From Phoronis australis (Eukaryota > Animalia > Phoronida): a DNA stretch of 53,126 bases. Within the stretch, counting starts at the first letter, position 1, and each line of letters opens with the position of its first letter. Of the stretch, positions 38,216-51,880 are shown piece after piece. A model generated the notes under the pieces. That model was not told the DNA's origin. It saw only the letters and a list, made by a program, of their open reading frames with translations, and searched no databases. Location of the stretch: assembly GCA_002633005.1 (NCBI GenBank), contig NMRA01000391.1, positions 181,933 through 235,058 on the forward strand. The letters are read 5' to 3'. A program made the translations under genes and the position numbers.

Positions 38216-41200
38216 AATTTCAAACAAAAATAATAAATACTCAAGAGAAAAAAACAACCTAAATCAATTTTTGTGACGAAAGTCGAGTTTATAGCATAGC
38301 CGCATTCAGTTGAACATGAAACAGTTGGAACAAAACAAGAGAGAAGAGCACGAGACAACGGACACTACTAAAACTTGGAGATTGAGGATACAGTGTTTTG
38401 TAACTGTTGCAAAACAAGAAGATAAGCAACAGACAATAGTCAAGCACTTAGAATTGTTAGTCAATAGAAAACATATCGATGAAACCGTAGAAAACCAATC
38501 GGAGCGTTGAATTCGGCATTCATTGCAACACAACTTTCTTCTCAAGTAGAGCCACTTACTGTTTTGGATATAGGTTAACAACAACAAATAAAAAATGGCG
38601 AGCGGTTCCCGTTTCTCACAACAATCAAGTGATGAGCAAATTCAACACTTGTGAAAACAAATTTAACTTTAAAGCCTTCCTTGAAAGTTAACACACGTGA
38701 ATTTGATTGCTACAACATATTGTGGGCATGATTCTGACCCCACAGACGCCACAAATTACCAAATGTAATGAACGATTAGGCTTGTTGTTTTACATTCGAC
38801 TACGTCACCGCAAAATTCTTACGTGAGTTCTATTCCGACACCAACTCAATGCAACTACTTACTACGTACTGCTCTCGGGTTAACGCAATATCGCACGAAA
38901 ATGACACTCCACGTACGTTTTTCATGTTGCTAAAGTATTGCTGGGACTATTTGAGTACCGTAATATATCTGAAATAAAACTACGTCCAAGGATACCTATA
39001 ACACATTCTTACATTCTTTTGATTTCCGGATACTGCACTGGAATCTGGAATGCCGGCAACTGAGGCTTTTTGAACGAAAAATGCACACTAGCGTACAATT
39101 TTCGACAAAAAATCTGGGAACAGGGCATTTTGACAAAAACAATTCCATGATAGGGTCGTAATGTGGTGAAGGTGACCAAATAGGTGAAAGATAGAAAAAA
39201 TCAATAAGGTGCATTGCGTTGACAAAAAGTCCAGGAAAAGTCTAAAGGCTGGCTCGAGACCCCGGGATTTTTCAGTGTTTGAGACGGCGTGATTATTGAT
39301 CCGACTTCCAACAAGATCGCATCAGCTATTTTGAAAGGATTGCAAAGACTTAGTCGCTGTAATAAATATATCACATTAACAAATCGCGAAAAAATCCCAA
39401 TGTAATTTTAATTGATATTAATGACCCTGCAATCGCAGATTTATTGGCTGCTGAGTATTGCGAAATAAGACAGGCGGCTCGGAAACAAGAACAACCCAAA
39501 ACGAATGTCCGCGAAAGAAACTGATGTCAGATTGGGCCATAGATCAAAGAATATGTTTATTTATTGGGGCTACTCATGTTCGCCGAATTCAATGGAGTTC
39601 TCCAGTCATCCAGCAAGAATCCTAACATCGGATGCTCCACACTTAATATAGTAATATGCAATGGAAGCGGATCATGATTATAACTTGAGCTGCTTTGTCA
39701 GATGGATGGTAAACAACTCGAGGTGAAAACCCACATTTGCTACCCAGAAAGTTTCTCTAACACGAAAGTAATGAAGTGGCAAACTGGTGTAGATACAAGG
39801 CGAGGACGAAACTCTATATTGTATGTCGCAGTTTGTCAATCAGCAGTTTCGTTTTCACGCGGGCACTTGGCAAGTTACTGAGCAGTAAAACAGTCATTTA
39901 CACATTTCCCCCACGCACCACAACACGTTTTTTACCAATTTGGTGCAAACAGTAATGAAACCTATTTCGTGTTTGAAAAACAGTAGAAATACGAATTCAA
40001 TATTTGTGAATTGCACGCGAGACCAGCGATTGCTTGTTGAAGACTAAACGTTTGCCAAGGAACAAAAAGTGCTATGCTTAAAAACTACTTCGAAAGTACA
40101 TGACATAGCATAACTGTGGTTTGCTTGCTTGACACTAGAAAGGCAGTATCGTTGCCGCAGCTACTGAGAGGAACAGAAAACAGTGGTCAACATTTGGCAC
40201 GGCTGCAAAAATATTACCAACAACAGCAGTGCAAATCAGTACAACTTTGTAAAAAACAAACAAGACGATCAGTGGTGCACACAAAACAGAGGGTGCATCA
40301 CAAATTGAAAAACACTTTATGTCACACTCCAAATGTTTTCCTTAAAGGGGTAATAAACCCGTAAGGAATTCTTGATACAGGCACCTTGTTCTAAAACCGA
40401 TCTCATCTTGTTAGTTTAGAAATGACTTCTTAACTCAGGCACCCATCTCTTCCCATTTGCCTACTTTTTTCTCAAATTCCTATTTTTTCGTCAAGATTTG
40501 TCAGTGGGTAAATTTCTTGAATCTAACCAAGAAACATCAAGTTATCAGAACTAAAATGTTTTAGCCATGGTAACTGTATCAGATAAATGTTCACACTGTT
40601 GGATTGCAGAATGTCTCCTCTTTGATACAGAAACTGTGGTAATCAAAGAACGACAGCTTGAAGTAAGGGTGTCGGAGTTGGTCACTGTTCAACTTTCAGT
40701 CACAAAAACAAGGGGAGAAGATGGATATTGCCTGGAATCAGTTTGGTTCATAAAAGGCAAATCTCCATTTTATGAATAACTTCAATCGAATTTTCATTCA
40801 TTCAGTTCTTTTTATGTATATTGCATTGTAATTTCTTTCCAGATAATGTTGGAGCATAATCCAATAGAAATTTGTGTGCTTTACAATTTGGCAAACTGAA
40901 CCTGGAAATATGCAGTGGTTGCTTCAACTGTTCTTAAATGAGGTTGGTGAGAAAGTTGTTGACAATTGCACTCCCAAGAGGCTCAAGAATTCAATGTTGA
41001 CAGTGGACAAATAAGACGAGACTCCTTATCATTAGGGATATCAGGTATGGAAATCTCTGGATAATTAAACAAAAAACATGTGACCTGTATTGCATGAAAC
41101 AACCTAAAAAGCAAAGATGGTCACAGACCAACATAATTAGTGAGAACACTTCGCCACTTAGGTTAACAAAAACAACTATTAAGTGAAAGTTGTTTTTACA

Positions 41201-42983
41201 TTTATTATTTGATGATATTCTTTAACAATTAACAACTGAAAGGCTAATCTGTTTTTTTAAAACTCACATAGACATTTTCAATGATTTGATTTTGTAAGTT
41301 AACAGGGAGTTCAAGTTCAAGTTAAAGTTCCGAGCTGGCTACTCCTAATGCAAATAAAAAAATCAATGATCTGACTTTGTAAATTAAATTGGGAGTTGAA
41401 GTTCCATGTTGAAGCTAAGATTTGGGTCCCAGATAGCCCACCAGAATTAGTGTGATGTTCCGTGCATTCCCGTAAGATTTGTGAGTTTGAGGATATCATC
41501 CAAAATCCTATCACGAGGTTCCATTAGTTCAATGGTCCCAACTGAAGTGATGGCCAGCAAGTCTGGAATGTTAAATAACTACTTTCATTCCATACCGGGT
41601 AAGTCAAAATTTCTCCCTGAAAGCATCTCACAAATGTCTAGCATCAAAGAACGCAGGAACTCGCAAGCTGACTGGTGGGAAAATTTACCAGTCCACCCAC
41701 AGCCATGAGTGACTGATCGTAACAGTAAGGATGTTTTAGACACAATTTAAGCCACACCAAGGACTAATTATAAAAATTCACAATTCTCACAGACCAAATT
41801 TAAAGATTTTTTAATGTAGTGAGTCACTGATGCTAATTTTTTACATTTACACATGAAACGAGCACAATTATTGATTGTTTATGCAGAAAATGTCTTTAAT
41901 GACAGTATGATTAATTCAAGTTCAAAGAGATAAGTCACAATGTTGTTTGACAACTCCACTTTTACTGGTGTATTCTGTTTCTGCTTGTGCCAGTCACATG
42001 CAGCACAAAGTATATAATCTACAGTAAGATCTATTGGCTTATTTCCAGAAAAAAGTTACTCTTTCAAGCCTCCGTATTATAACACTGAATCATGTCATAT
42101 GGATCAATAGTCCTGACTGCACTTTGAAGACTTGAAGACTTCACAATTTGTTGCGACACATTAGCACATAACCGTCCCACAGGCATTGAAATACACCCAC
42201 AAGTATATAGAAATATCCATACTGGTGACTGCAGGTAGTGTCACATTTAGTAAATGGATATTAAATGGGCTCCACCTAGTGAGTACATCGAGAACTATTT
42301 GCTTTGAAACAACATGGACAAACTCCTATCAAAGACACAACCTACACGTCAGGTGAACAAGATAGAAACAAAAATAAAATGTGATTAAGATATCAAATAG
42401 AAAGTGTAGCTGACTAAACAAAAATTTGAAACTGATTTGTGGACCGTTGCTTGGTTTCTCATCCTCTACCCTCATCACAAAAACCAACTTTTGATTTGGA
42501 CCACTTACCATAATGAAATTGGTCTCAAATTGTTCCTTACTTGAATTACAGGAAATTTCATGGCTTCGAAAACACTGAAAGTTTCTTATTGCTAGGCTGT
42601 ACAAACAATATTGTCACAGTGTGTAAATATATGATGAAGCATCAGGTCTAAAGAAATAACAACCTGTTTGGAAACCCAGAAATCAGTTCTCATCTGATTA
42701 AGATATCAGTTGAAACCAATTTCATATTGGGCATTAATCATAAGTGCACTGGCGGGTTTCTAGGTACTTTAAAAAGCATATACAATGTCTTCATGAAAAC
42801 ATAAATATGAAACGAGTCTCAACATAAAAGTATTGGTTTCACATGTAAAATGTTTTACCGAAATCAAGGCACCAAAGACGGACTCAATCCACGTCTCAAA
42901 TATTGGAACAAGTTCATTGGGCGCAAATGAACTTGTTTACAAAAACATGTGAAACAAGTAAGTCAATGCTTTGAAGCCGAGTC

Positions 42984-43217
42984 TCAAATTCTTCCAATAA
43001 CCAAAGCATCAACAAGTTCACCTGTTTGAATAGTTTTTCTCTCCTCCGAAACTGGCGGTAACATCAACAGAACATTAACCCCATTGCTCATGCTCAACAA
43101 ACGGCTGCTCAGTTGATTTCCTGTACTGGTTACCCAAGCAACTGGATCACCATGACGCCATGACAACACAGCTCTGTGATACTCTGGTCTGGGATCCAAC
43201 ATAAGGTCGCTGGTGGT
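42984..43217 (-). CDS. GPHN: Gephyrin (MoeA-like E domain C-terminus), last coding exon
   Basis: Acceptor CCTTTCAG|ACC. Translation TTSDLMLDPRPEYHRAVLSWRHGDPVAWVTSTGNQLSSRLLSMSNGVNVLLMLPP...GELVDALVIGRI* matches the animal gephyrin C-terminus (LDPRPEYHR...STGNQxSSRLxSM...LLMLPP...GExVDxxVIGRx). No upstream exon was recognised in the window. Confidence 0.95.
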   Translation of the reverse strand, partial: TTSDLMLDPRPEYHRAVLSWRHGDPVAWVTSTGNQLSSRLLSMSNGVNVLLMLPPVSEERKTIQTGELVDALVIGRI

Positions 43218-44220
43218 CTGAAAGGATATTATTTTTTATTCTTAAAAGCCCTATTAAAGACTGGATTGGGTGACTGTGTAATAATTTGAAAATACAGTAA
43301 ACACCAAAATTACTGGACATAGTACCCCAAAATTCCCCCCGCTGACAGCTGAGCACAGGGGGAATACTCCACCATGAGATGGCTGAGTGCCAATGGAAAT
43401 TTCACCATCAGATTAGCTGAAGCAAAAAGTCAAAATCCATCATGGGGAATTTTTAGTTGATTGCTTTCAGCATGCATTGTAATAAATGATGTATCAATGA
43501 AATTAATTGTTTCCCTTTTCATTGAATACGCCAAACCTATGGTGGCACATATGGACACACAGTGACTGTTTTCACTTCTCTACCAACTACTTTAAGAAGT
43601 CTGCTTCACAATGCAAGTCATAGCACATAATTTAACATGTGGAGAATTTCTCCCTTACACTGGTCACCACTCTGGTTCCCTAAGCCCCAGACAACTTTTA
43701 TGATGACGCCCTTTGTATTGATTTAGATTTGAGCTAATGAAGTGGAAGGTAATAGCTAACACTACTTTCTTAACAATGGTGGTTGTTATTACACCCAAAT
43801 TGTTTTTCTCTGGCATTTGAACAGAGTTAAAGTCTGCAATATGGAGAGCAGTTTTAACTTGGTACATTTTAAATTTAACAAAAGGACTAAAAAGTTAATT
43901 TGCGTTGATCTTGACTAAGGGCCACTTCCCAAAGGAACGTTGGTTTTAAATATGTTTCATACCTGTTTTCAATGCTTTATTTTTAATACTCCTGTTGACT
44001 TGTTTTTTTTTCTTACCAATTAGGGTTGCTATCTTTTTATTTTGTGTTTAAACGAAGAATCAGAACAGCTTAGAAGTCAGTTGTGAACCCATCCCTGAAT
44101 TTTCCAGATTACAGGTACACCAAACATGTCACAGCAAACAAAACTACATGTGTCATTAGTTCAAGTTCAATCTTTCTCATTAGAGCTCAAATCATAAAAT
44201 ACATACAAAAGTGCGATTAT

Positions 44221-44387
44221 GGTGATAACCAAACTGAGGATTTGGAACCTCTGGACGAATTTTGGTTGCAGTAACTACATAACTGTTCTAGCTTTTCCTC
44301 AGTCATAAAAAATGAAATCACAGCTCTTGCCCACCGACCAACCTCATCCACTGTTTGCACTCTCTCGTTTACTACAAAGCTATCCAT
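44221..44387 (-). pseudogene. Possible decayed Tudor/MBT-like barrel fragment
   Basis: MDSFVVNERVQTVDEVGRWARAVI, then NSYVVT-ATKIRP in a shifted frame. Confidence 0.3.
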
Positions 44388-45222
44388 CTTCTTGTCTTTC
44401 CGTAGGTGTTTTCCTATACAACTACAATCCATCGAAATTGGCGCATTTTGGCAAATATCAGTTGTCTGGTTAGTGTGTTACTCCTCAAGTAAAGTAGTTC
44501 GACATGCCCTGGACCATAAGCGATGTTTTAAAAGTTAATGACATCTAATTTAGTCACTGTATGTTGTTTATAGATGTTTCAATGTAGCTTAGGTGTATAT
44601 TAAAAGAATAATCAACGTGATATTGTTAACTCTGATCAGTGTTTGTAAATCCACCGAGTACATCAATACGCACAGTCGTTTATCTTCAATTGTACCCAAT
44701 GTTCATAGTTTTTAGATTAATAGTTTATCGATTTTTAAAAATCGAAAACCAATCTTGGTTGTTTTTTTCATCTGAATACAGCTGTGGAATTTATTTTTAA
44801 CGAAAACTGTTGCTTAATGCATTTTGAAAATTCGCCACTATGTACAGGCAGAGATGTTTACAACAGTTTATGGTCGGGTAATTACACTTAATGGGGTCTC
44901 GCTCGCATCGGATAATGCGATCATCGCAACTCAGAGTCCGACTCTGATACCGCACTCTCTTTGATCCTGGTAAAAGCCGCTCAGAAGGACAAGCGGTGAA
45001 AAGTCACGCATCTCTTAAGAAATGCGTGACTTTCGTGTAAGTACATTATTTACGGCATGATGAACTAAATATCAAAACTCAACAAAACAGAAACCTGCAG
45101 AATCTAAAACATTATATTTGTAGCTGTCCAGATCAGTGTTTTACAGATACAATAGAAAAACCTCACCAACAGTTGCCAAAGGTTCTGATAGTTGTGAACA
45201 TCCATTTTCTGATGCTAGCTAT

Positions 45223-45425
45223 ACACCTTATTCACAAAGTCACCATTTTAGTAGGTAAGCCTCTTTTGAGGTTTAAAAAAACCATGAATTTGAGATATGA
45301 ATATAACGTCAAGGCATGCGAAAAATCACGCTTTGCACTGTGATTAAGTGCAGAATGCACTGTTTTTAAAAGCTAAAGAGAGGCTCACTTTTAAAATAGT
45401 GACTGCGTGAATTACCGGTAGGTGT
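45223..45425. mobile_element. ~200-bp MITE with long imperfect TIRs
   Basis: ACACCTTATTCACAAAGTCACCATTTTA...AGCCTCT versus AGAGGCT...TAAAATAGTGACTGCGTGAAT...AGGTGT. Symmetric CTAT/ATAG flanks. Confidence 0.6.
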
Positions 45426-47205
45426 ATAGTGCAGAATTTGAAACCAACACAGTAGTAATTTGACACTACTTATCCTTCAAGAAAAATGAAAATAAAATTT
45501 TACTTGCCGCCATGTTGTGTACTAAATCGGTGAGATTTTTCCACATGTAACCTAACAGTTGCAGAATCGACCAATCACCTTAAAACAGACTTGACCAATC
45601 ACTTTAAAAACATAATTGTATATTACATTATCAAATTAAGATTGTGATCAAGAAAGACATGCGTGTAAATATACTCCTGCAACATCACTGGTTTTTCAGG
45701 ATATCCATGTCAACAAATCTTTAGTCCCGCATGCGGCAGCGCTAGGTCAAGTCGAAATTATCTTCAAAACAGTTTGTCAACCAGTGATCTTGAGCCTATA
45801 GTATTATCACGTAAAATCAGAAGTATTAACTCTGTGTTAAAACAGAAAGCTACACCCAAACATGAAATAAGATTGTCGTTTTAAAGATGATGCTGTGTAG
45901 GGCTTTAAAATGTCGCGGTACCAAAAACATTCACAATCAGCATTTCTCTACATTTAAGAATGAGCTAAAGTCGTACGAAATCCACAGTGAAATCCACCAG
46001 TGCTACACAGCCATTGCCTGCACTGTGTTCAAGTGGTCACTAGTCAAGTGAATATCCAGCATATGACCTCACACTATGTCACCATGCTTGCTTACACAAA
46101 CAATTTACCATGTAGTGTGATTGCGATTGTGATACATCACAAATGCCTACATCTATTTTAAAAACATCCGGTTAAAATGGACAATGGAAAAGCTTCTTGA
46201 ACACCTTGAATTTCCTTTCTCTAAAATTCTCAGTCATGACACGAAGAAAATTCCACTTTTAACTAAGGCACATTAATGTCATTCCCATGTATTTTGGAAT
46301 CCCGGAAGCATTTTCAGGAAAAAATAAACAGGGAAAAAGTAGACCTTTTTTAACACTAGAACATGGTTTACAGTAGCAATCGGTTAAGTCATTTTTGGTT
46401 AAAAACAATTTAGGCGAATTTTCAAGTTCATCAAATTTCATGACACCCAACATCCCACCTCCCAACTGGTGATTGTGAATGCTTCTTACCAGTTGGGATT
46501 ACATTAGGCACTTACAACAGGGCAGACATTTATGACTTCTTTTGTTAGGGGATTAGGAAACAGAGATGAGTATCAATGATATAACTGCTGCCTGGTTCTG
46601 CTAACATTCCTTCCGGTCCATTCTAGTCACTGTGCACAATAAAAATTAAATTTGTCATTGAAAATTGAACTTTTTTATTATTAGAACAGCAAAATTTGGT
46701 TAACTACATGAGAAGAGACATAACGCGCCTTGCAAATATATGAAGTGTCCCAGCCTCTTTTGAGTAACCTGCTGGAGCAACACAATGGAGCAACTTGACT
46801 TGTGTGCACCACCTCTTATCAGAATGATCTGCAACCACATAGAGTGTATAGCTAAATTTGAATGGGGGAGAGCGTCAAAGATGTCCCCTGGTTCTCATTA
46901 ATTATGCGTGACCAAAGAAGAGAGGAAGAGACACTCACAGTCTAAGATCATTTCCCAAGATCAGATTGTGCAATTCATAAGATTGTGAACATCTGTTGAT
47001 TGTAAGCTATTTACCAAAAATTGTAGTAATTATTTGTCTGTGGAGTATACTGGACCAATCCTAAATTGAATTAGATTTCAACTGAGTGGGATATACAAGT
47101 TTTTTTTTGACTGCTGTGGACTGCAAATGGCCAAAGTGGGCAAGCATAACGTGAGACTGAGTGAGTAATGGAGTGGAAGTAACAATGAAAGTCTTAATTC
47201 CCAAT

Positions 47206-47305
47206 CAGGCAGTAAGAGCCTACAGCAGGAGTACACACAGAGACTGAATACAACCAGGCAGTAGGAGCCTACAACAGGAGTACACAGAGACTGAATACAA
47301 ACAGG
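47206..47305. repeat. ~48-bp tandem duplication
   Basis: CAGGCAGTA(A/G)GAGCCTACA(G/A)CAGGAGTACAC(AC)AGAGACTGAATACAA twice. Confidence 0.85.
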
Positions 47306-47582
47306 CTCAGGTCAGGTAGCAACTACACCCGGCAAAAGGACGGATGATGCATTCCCATTAGGGGAACTCCGGTTTACCGAAGCTTCATCAAAACTTCGCT
47401 TAACTTTATGACTAGACAGTGACATCGAAGTTATCGCTAGATGGCAATCCAGTCAAGTTGGGAGCAACGGGAAAACGCCGTAATGGACTGAAATAGTGAG
47501 TAAACTTTAAACTGAGATGACTCTAAGGATTAGAAAAATATGAGACCAACTACAACCAGAGCCTTGATAGATGTCACCTGAT

Positions 47583-48700
47583 AACAAGAGCAACGTGGAG
47601 TGTTGAATTACGTCCACCAATGTACCGCTAACGGTGTGCTTCTAGGGGTGATTATTTAGAACATAAAAATGGCGAGTAGATGGTGCAAAATATTTCGAAT
47701 CCATCCAAAAACATGTATTGCCATGAGGCCATAAGCGCAAAAAACATTACTGCCACTAAGATGCGCCAAAGTAGAAAAAGTCGCTGGAAAATCATTGACA
47801 GACTTCCGCTTCACATTAGGAACATACATGCCAATTTCCACAACCATCCTTAGAGTGGTTTGGTTGACAGAGGGGCAGACGCCAAATAACAAGACAGTCA
47901 AAAACAGTAAAAATGACCTCAAGGTGGTGCAAAAAGCCTCGAATTTTACTGAAAACCGGTAGCGTCACCTCACTAATAGATACCAAACTGCCAAATTTTA
48001 TGAAAATCCACTGACGACCTTTTAAGATACAGAGGTAAACGTAAAAAACTAAAATTGCCACTAGGAGCACACCGGTAGCCCAATCTGTCGGAAAGTCGTC
48101 ATCCTGTTGTCAACTTCATATAAATACACCAGCAAAATTCAATAAAGAGCACTTAGGAGATATAGCCATGGGCGCAAAAACAAACAAAACTGTCAATAGG
48201 AGGCGCCACAGTAGTACAAGTCATTGGAAAATCATCGTCAGCCGTCCTCTTCACAGTAAGAACATATATGGCAATTTTCATCCCTAAAGCGGTTTGGTTG
48301 ATAGAACGGCTGACGCCAAAAAACAGACTCGAAAACAGTACACGTGGCCACTAGGTGGTGCAAAGTACCTCGAATCCATCAAAAAACGAGAGGATGGCCT
48401 CATCTCACTAATAGATGCCTAACTGCCAAATTTTATGAAAATTCGTTGATGACCTCCGAAGATACAGAGATAAGCGTAAATAACTAAAATTTCCACTAGG
48501 GGGCACACCGGTAGTAGGAGAGGTTCGAAATTCGTCGTCTGTCCTCAGTTTCATAGGAACACATCTGCCAAATCTCATCAAGAACCTGTGAAGGTTTAGG
48601 ATACAGCTGTGGACACCGGACGCCAGATTGAGATGACGGAAATATGAGACCACATATAAATATGTGGGCGCATAATTGTGCTTCACAGCCAGTAACTAAA
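47583..48700 (+). mobile_element. Non-autonomous Helentron/HINE-like element with internal ~145-bp subrepeats
   Basis: Starts AACAAGAG. Contains repeated CCAAATTTTATGAAAAT and CCACTAG(G/A)NGG motifs and a ~435-bp higher-order duplication (about 47787-48226 versus 48227-48600). A short hairpin lies near the 3' end. The family assignment is inferred. Confidence 0.55.
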
Positions 48701-51569
48701 TCTGAACAAGAACATTTAAACTACAAATAACCTGTTACCAGCTCTCACAGAAAGTTTCGTTTTTCATATTTCACACTCAAGTTAAGCTAAGCTGCACTCA
48801 ATGGTACAGTCAATTTTGAGTTGCCACAGCAACCGAAATAACAAAATGAAGAAAAAGAATTTTGATGATACAAGTTCTATCGATTGACTCCAGTTTTGTG
48901 AATGAAATTCCAACGTGTTTGTGCGGAGCATGGAATTTTTGCAAGTCATAAAACTGTAATGAGGGTGTACTTAAGTTCTAACACAGGAAATGACAGGTAA
49001 TTATTAGCTAAGAATAAATATACTCGGTAACTGATCCTTTTGACGGCAGGTACAGTAAATCCAGTGGAAATCACTTGTTACTCACAGTAGCTCAGCGACA
49101 CCAAGACTAAAGTGGTTATAACACCGAGATCTGTCAATGGAACTTAATTTTGATTGACATCTTGTATCTGTACAATATTTGTCTCAACTTGTCTAGAAGT
49201 GATTTCTGGACCCAGAAAGATCTGACAATTTATGATTGCTCGAGACCTCCTACGGGAATAAAATCCCTCGCTGAATTACGGTAACTCTAACTGATCTTGT
49301 TTCATGCAAAATAAATTCAATATGCTTTCCCAATACTCAGGGTAAGCCAATTAAACCCAACGTTAGACAGATGTCATGGTCCGTGGGTGCAGAATTAACT
49401 GAGTCACCAAACATCATCTACTACGTGAATTTAACGAAATGCGGCCTACAGGTTGCAACATGATCCAATTACATTATTTTTATTCTATTCCAATAAAAAG
49501 TACTTATTTCAGTAGCTACATGAATGACCAATCCAATAAAAACACTCTAATATTATACAGAAAAGTTAACAGGCAGCATAACATATAGTATGCGCAAGCA
49601 GTGGTAGTCTGCAAGTGACAGAAGCTTGAAGATTTTGAGGTCTCATTTAATGACTCGTGTAAAATTGTGAAATTTTTAATAATATAACTGGATGCATATG
49701 AACATAGAAAATCAATGTAGAGTAAGGCCCATTCTGGTTTCATTAAAAGAAAATTCACCCAGATGGGATCGAAAATTGGGACACGCGAAGAACCATCAAA
49801 CTTCTAGCAGAGGCCAGAATTCCAAAGGATACTAATGTTATGATGAAATTAACAAACGTCAAGTCTCTTTGTTGTCATTGTTGTGTGCTTAATGAGTAAC
49901 TAATACTAGGTATCTGAAGGTGAAAAACGGCAATCTCAGATTGGGTCTGTGTAGCACTATTGTAATCAATAAATGCCCGGCTTCTGTAAGAAGCATCACG
50001 GCAAAACCAAAAATGCCGGTTGCATTGTGTACTACTTGTTCTAAATTTTTTGAAGACTAAGTCTACTGCACACAAACAAGCACTAAAGAATCTCCATGTC
50101 TGGAGAAGTGCTTCTCCATTGTGTCACGTGACCATTTTCTCAATTCATCTGTTTACACAAGTTCTGGTGAGCAGGTTAAATTATCTTTAAGTGCCAGAGA
50201 ACCACTTTCAATATTGCAATTTAGTCTGTGCATCGCGACCCAGGCCTCTTTAATTGTTGATGAACAGTCACCCCTGTCAAAAATTTCAATGGGATCGAAG
50301 TTGACCGTTCGTAATGCACTGCAGCGTTGACGCTACGGTGAAATCCACTTGTTTACTGCGAAGTTAACTGGTGCTGTTGATCCAGGACTAAAGTTAACCA
50401 ATCATATTGACCCCAACTCCCCAAAACATCCAAGCCTGCATTGATGTTCCAATGAAAGGGCCTAGTGGATTTAGAGTAATCAAAATTAACTGGCTGAAAT
50501 AAGCCCTGATAACATCAGACAGTGAGTATACTTTAATTGCCAGAGCACAATAGTCCCAACTGATGCAGAGAGCTCCAACAAAAGATTGACTGCTTGAAAA
50601 GATTGACTTTGGTTTTACCACTTGCTTGTGTATCAAGGCCACTGTACATCATGTGGCATCCCCAAAGTAAAGGTTTTGTAATTATGGTATGCAACTGCAC
50701 AGCACTATAATGTAGCCAATGGCCAACAAAACACAGTTTGCACTAAGATTTCACAAAGAAAATGCATTAGGCATGTGCTAAAATTAAACATTTGGTTTCA
50801 TCCGTGACTAACCATAGATTACGTGTGCAGTCTGAAAAAAGATTTTTAATTATACAAACAAAATATATTTTCAACAATAATACAGGGGCAATAAACTGGC
50901 TGAATTTCTCCGACGTTTGCTGCGATATGAGAGCTGTTGAGGTTACTTATTCAGTTAATATACGTAACTTACAACAGGAACCATTGATTGGTGCCTACCG
51001 ATCGCAAACGGCAAAGACGGCTGCTCTTTTTTTGCAAATGTTTTCAGGACTAGAGTGAACAACACCATCGAACTCAAAATTGGTTGCAGTGGTAATTATC
51101 TTAAAATTGGCAAATGCAATCATGGTAAAATTACCATTGGGGGACTGAAACAGTCGGATCCATCCAACATTTGACGCCAGTCAAGCTGACATTCTAATAG
51201 AAGCTCATTCGCCAAAATGACTTTTAAAAGGGTTCGGCAGATAGACCAGCAGATATCAAAAATGAATACTAATTAACAAAGGGGTATAGCACAAGTCCAA
51301 AAATGGCAAATGCTATACACTCTTCCAGGATGAAATCTGAACTTAATCTAACAACTAAAAGTGTAGCTATATAGCCAAAATTGTCTGAAAAGCAATGTCA
51401 ACTGACAATAGAAAAACATTAGTCTAATTTCATATTCATTAAACAATCTGGGAGACAGAACAACACATGTTAAAACCAGATCCAAATTTCTATAATTTCC
51501 ACAGCCACAAAATATACTGCGAGCAGGTTAATTTCTTTTTTAAGGAAACATGTCTGAAATTTCAGTTTG

Positions 51570-51880
51570 GAGTTCCTTAAAAGAACTTGACAGTTACAGA
51601 GGCTGAAGAAAAAAGGCACAATTTGCCACAAGCGGCTCAGCAGAAGTTGGCTCCATCCAAAATTCAATGTAAGCCATTTTCTCATTAATGCAACACACCT
51701 ACCAAATTCCATGACAATCCTTAAAAGAACCTGGCAGATACTGAAGGAGGTGCAAAAAACAAAACAGCCACTAGGGGGTATAGCAGTAGACGGATTTGCC
51801 AAATACCAATATCACTCAAATTTCATCACAAGGAACATCTTTGTCAAATTTCACAATGATCATTTTCCGAACTTGGTACA
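51570..51880 (+). repeat. Fragment of the same subrepeat family as 47583-48700
   Basis: CCAAATTCCATGACAATCC, GCCACTAGGGGGTA, CCTTAAAAGAAC twice. A further fragment lies at about 52670-52910. Confidence 0.5.

Noticed and set aside
38595-38655. MASGSRFSQQSSDEQIQHL as a Crypton-like N-terminus
   Set aside because: Only a vague resemblance. The frame closes at once and no tyrosine-recombinase motifs follow.
39780-39815. GAGGACGAAAC as part of a second hammerhead ribozyme
   Set aside because: No CTGANGA core or complementary stem II upstream.
41446-41562. Exon-like minus-strand frame LLAITSVGTIELMEPRDRILDDILKLTNLTGMHGTSH*
   Set aside because: No recognisable homology or partner exon. It probably lies in or just beyond the gephyrin 3' UTR.
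45166-45217. Minus-strand LATVG followed by a GTGAGG donor as a gephyrin E-domain exon
   Set aside because: Flanking residues do not match, and the intervening gephyrin sequence cannot be found in the 2 kb before the last exon.
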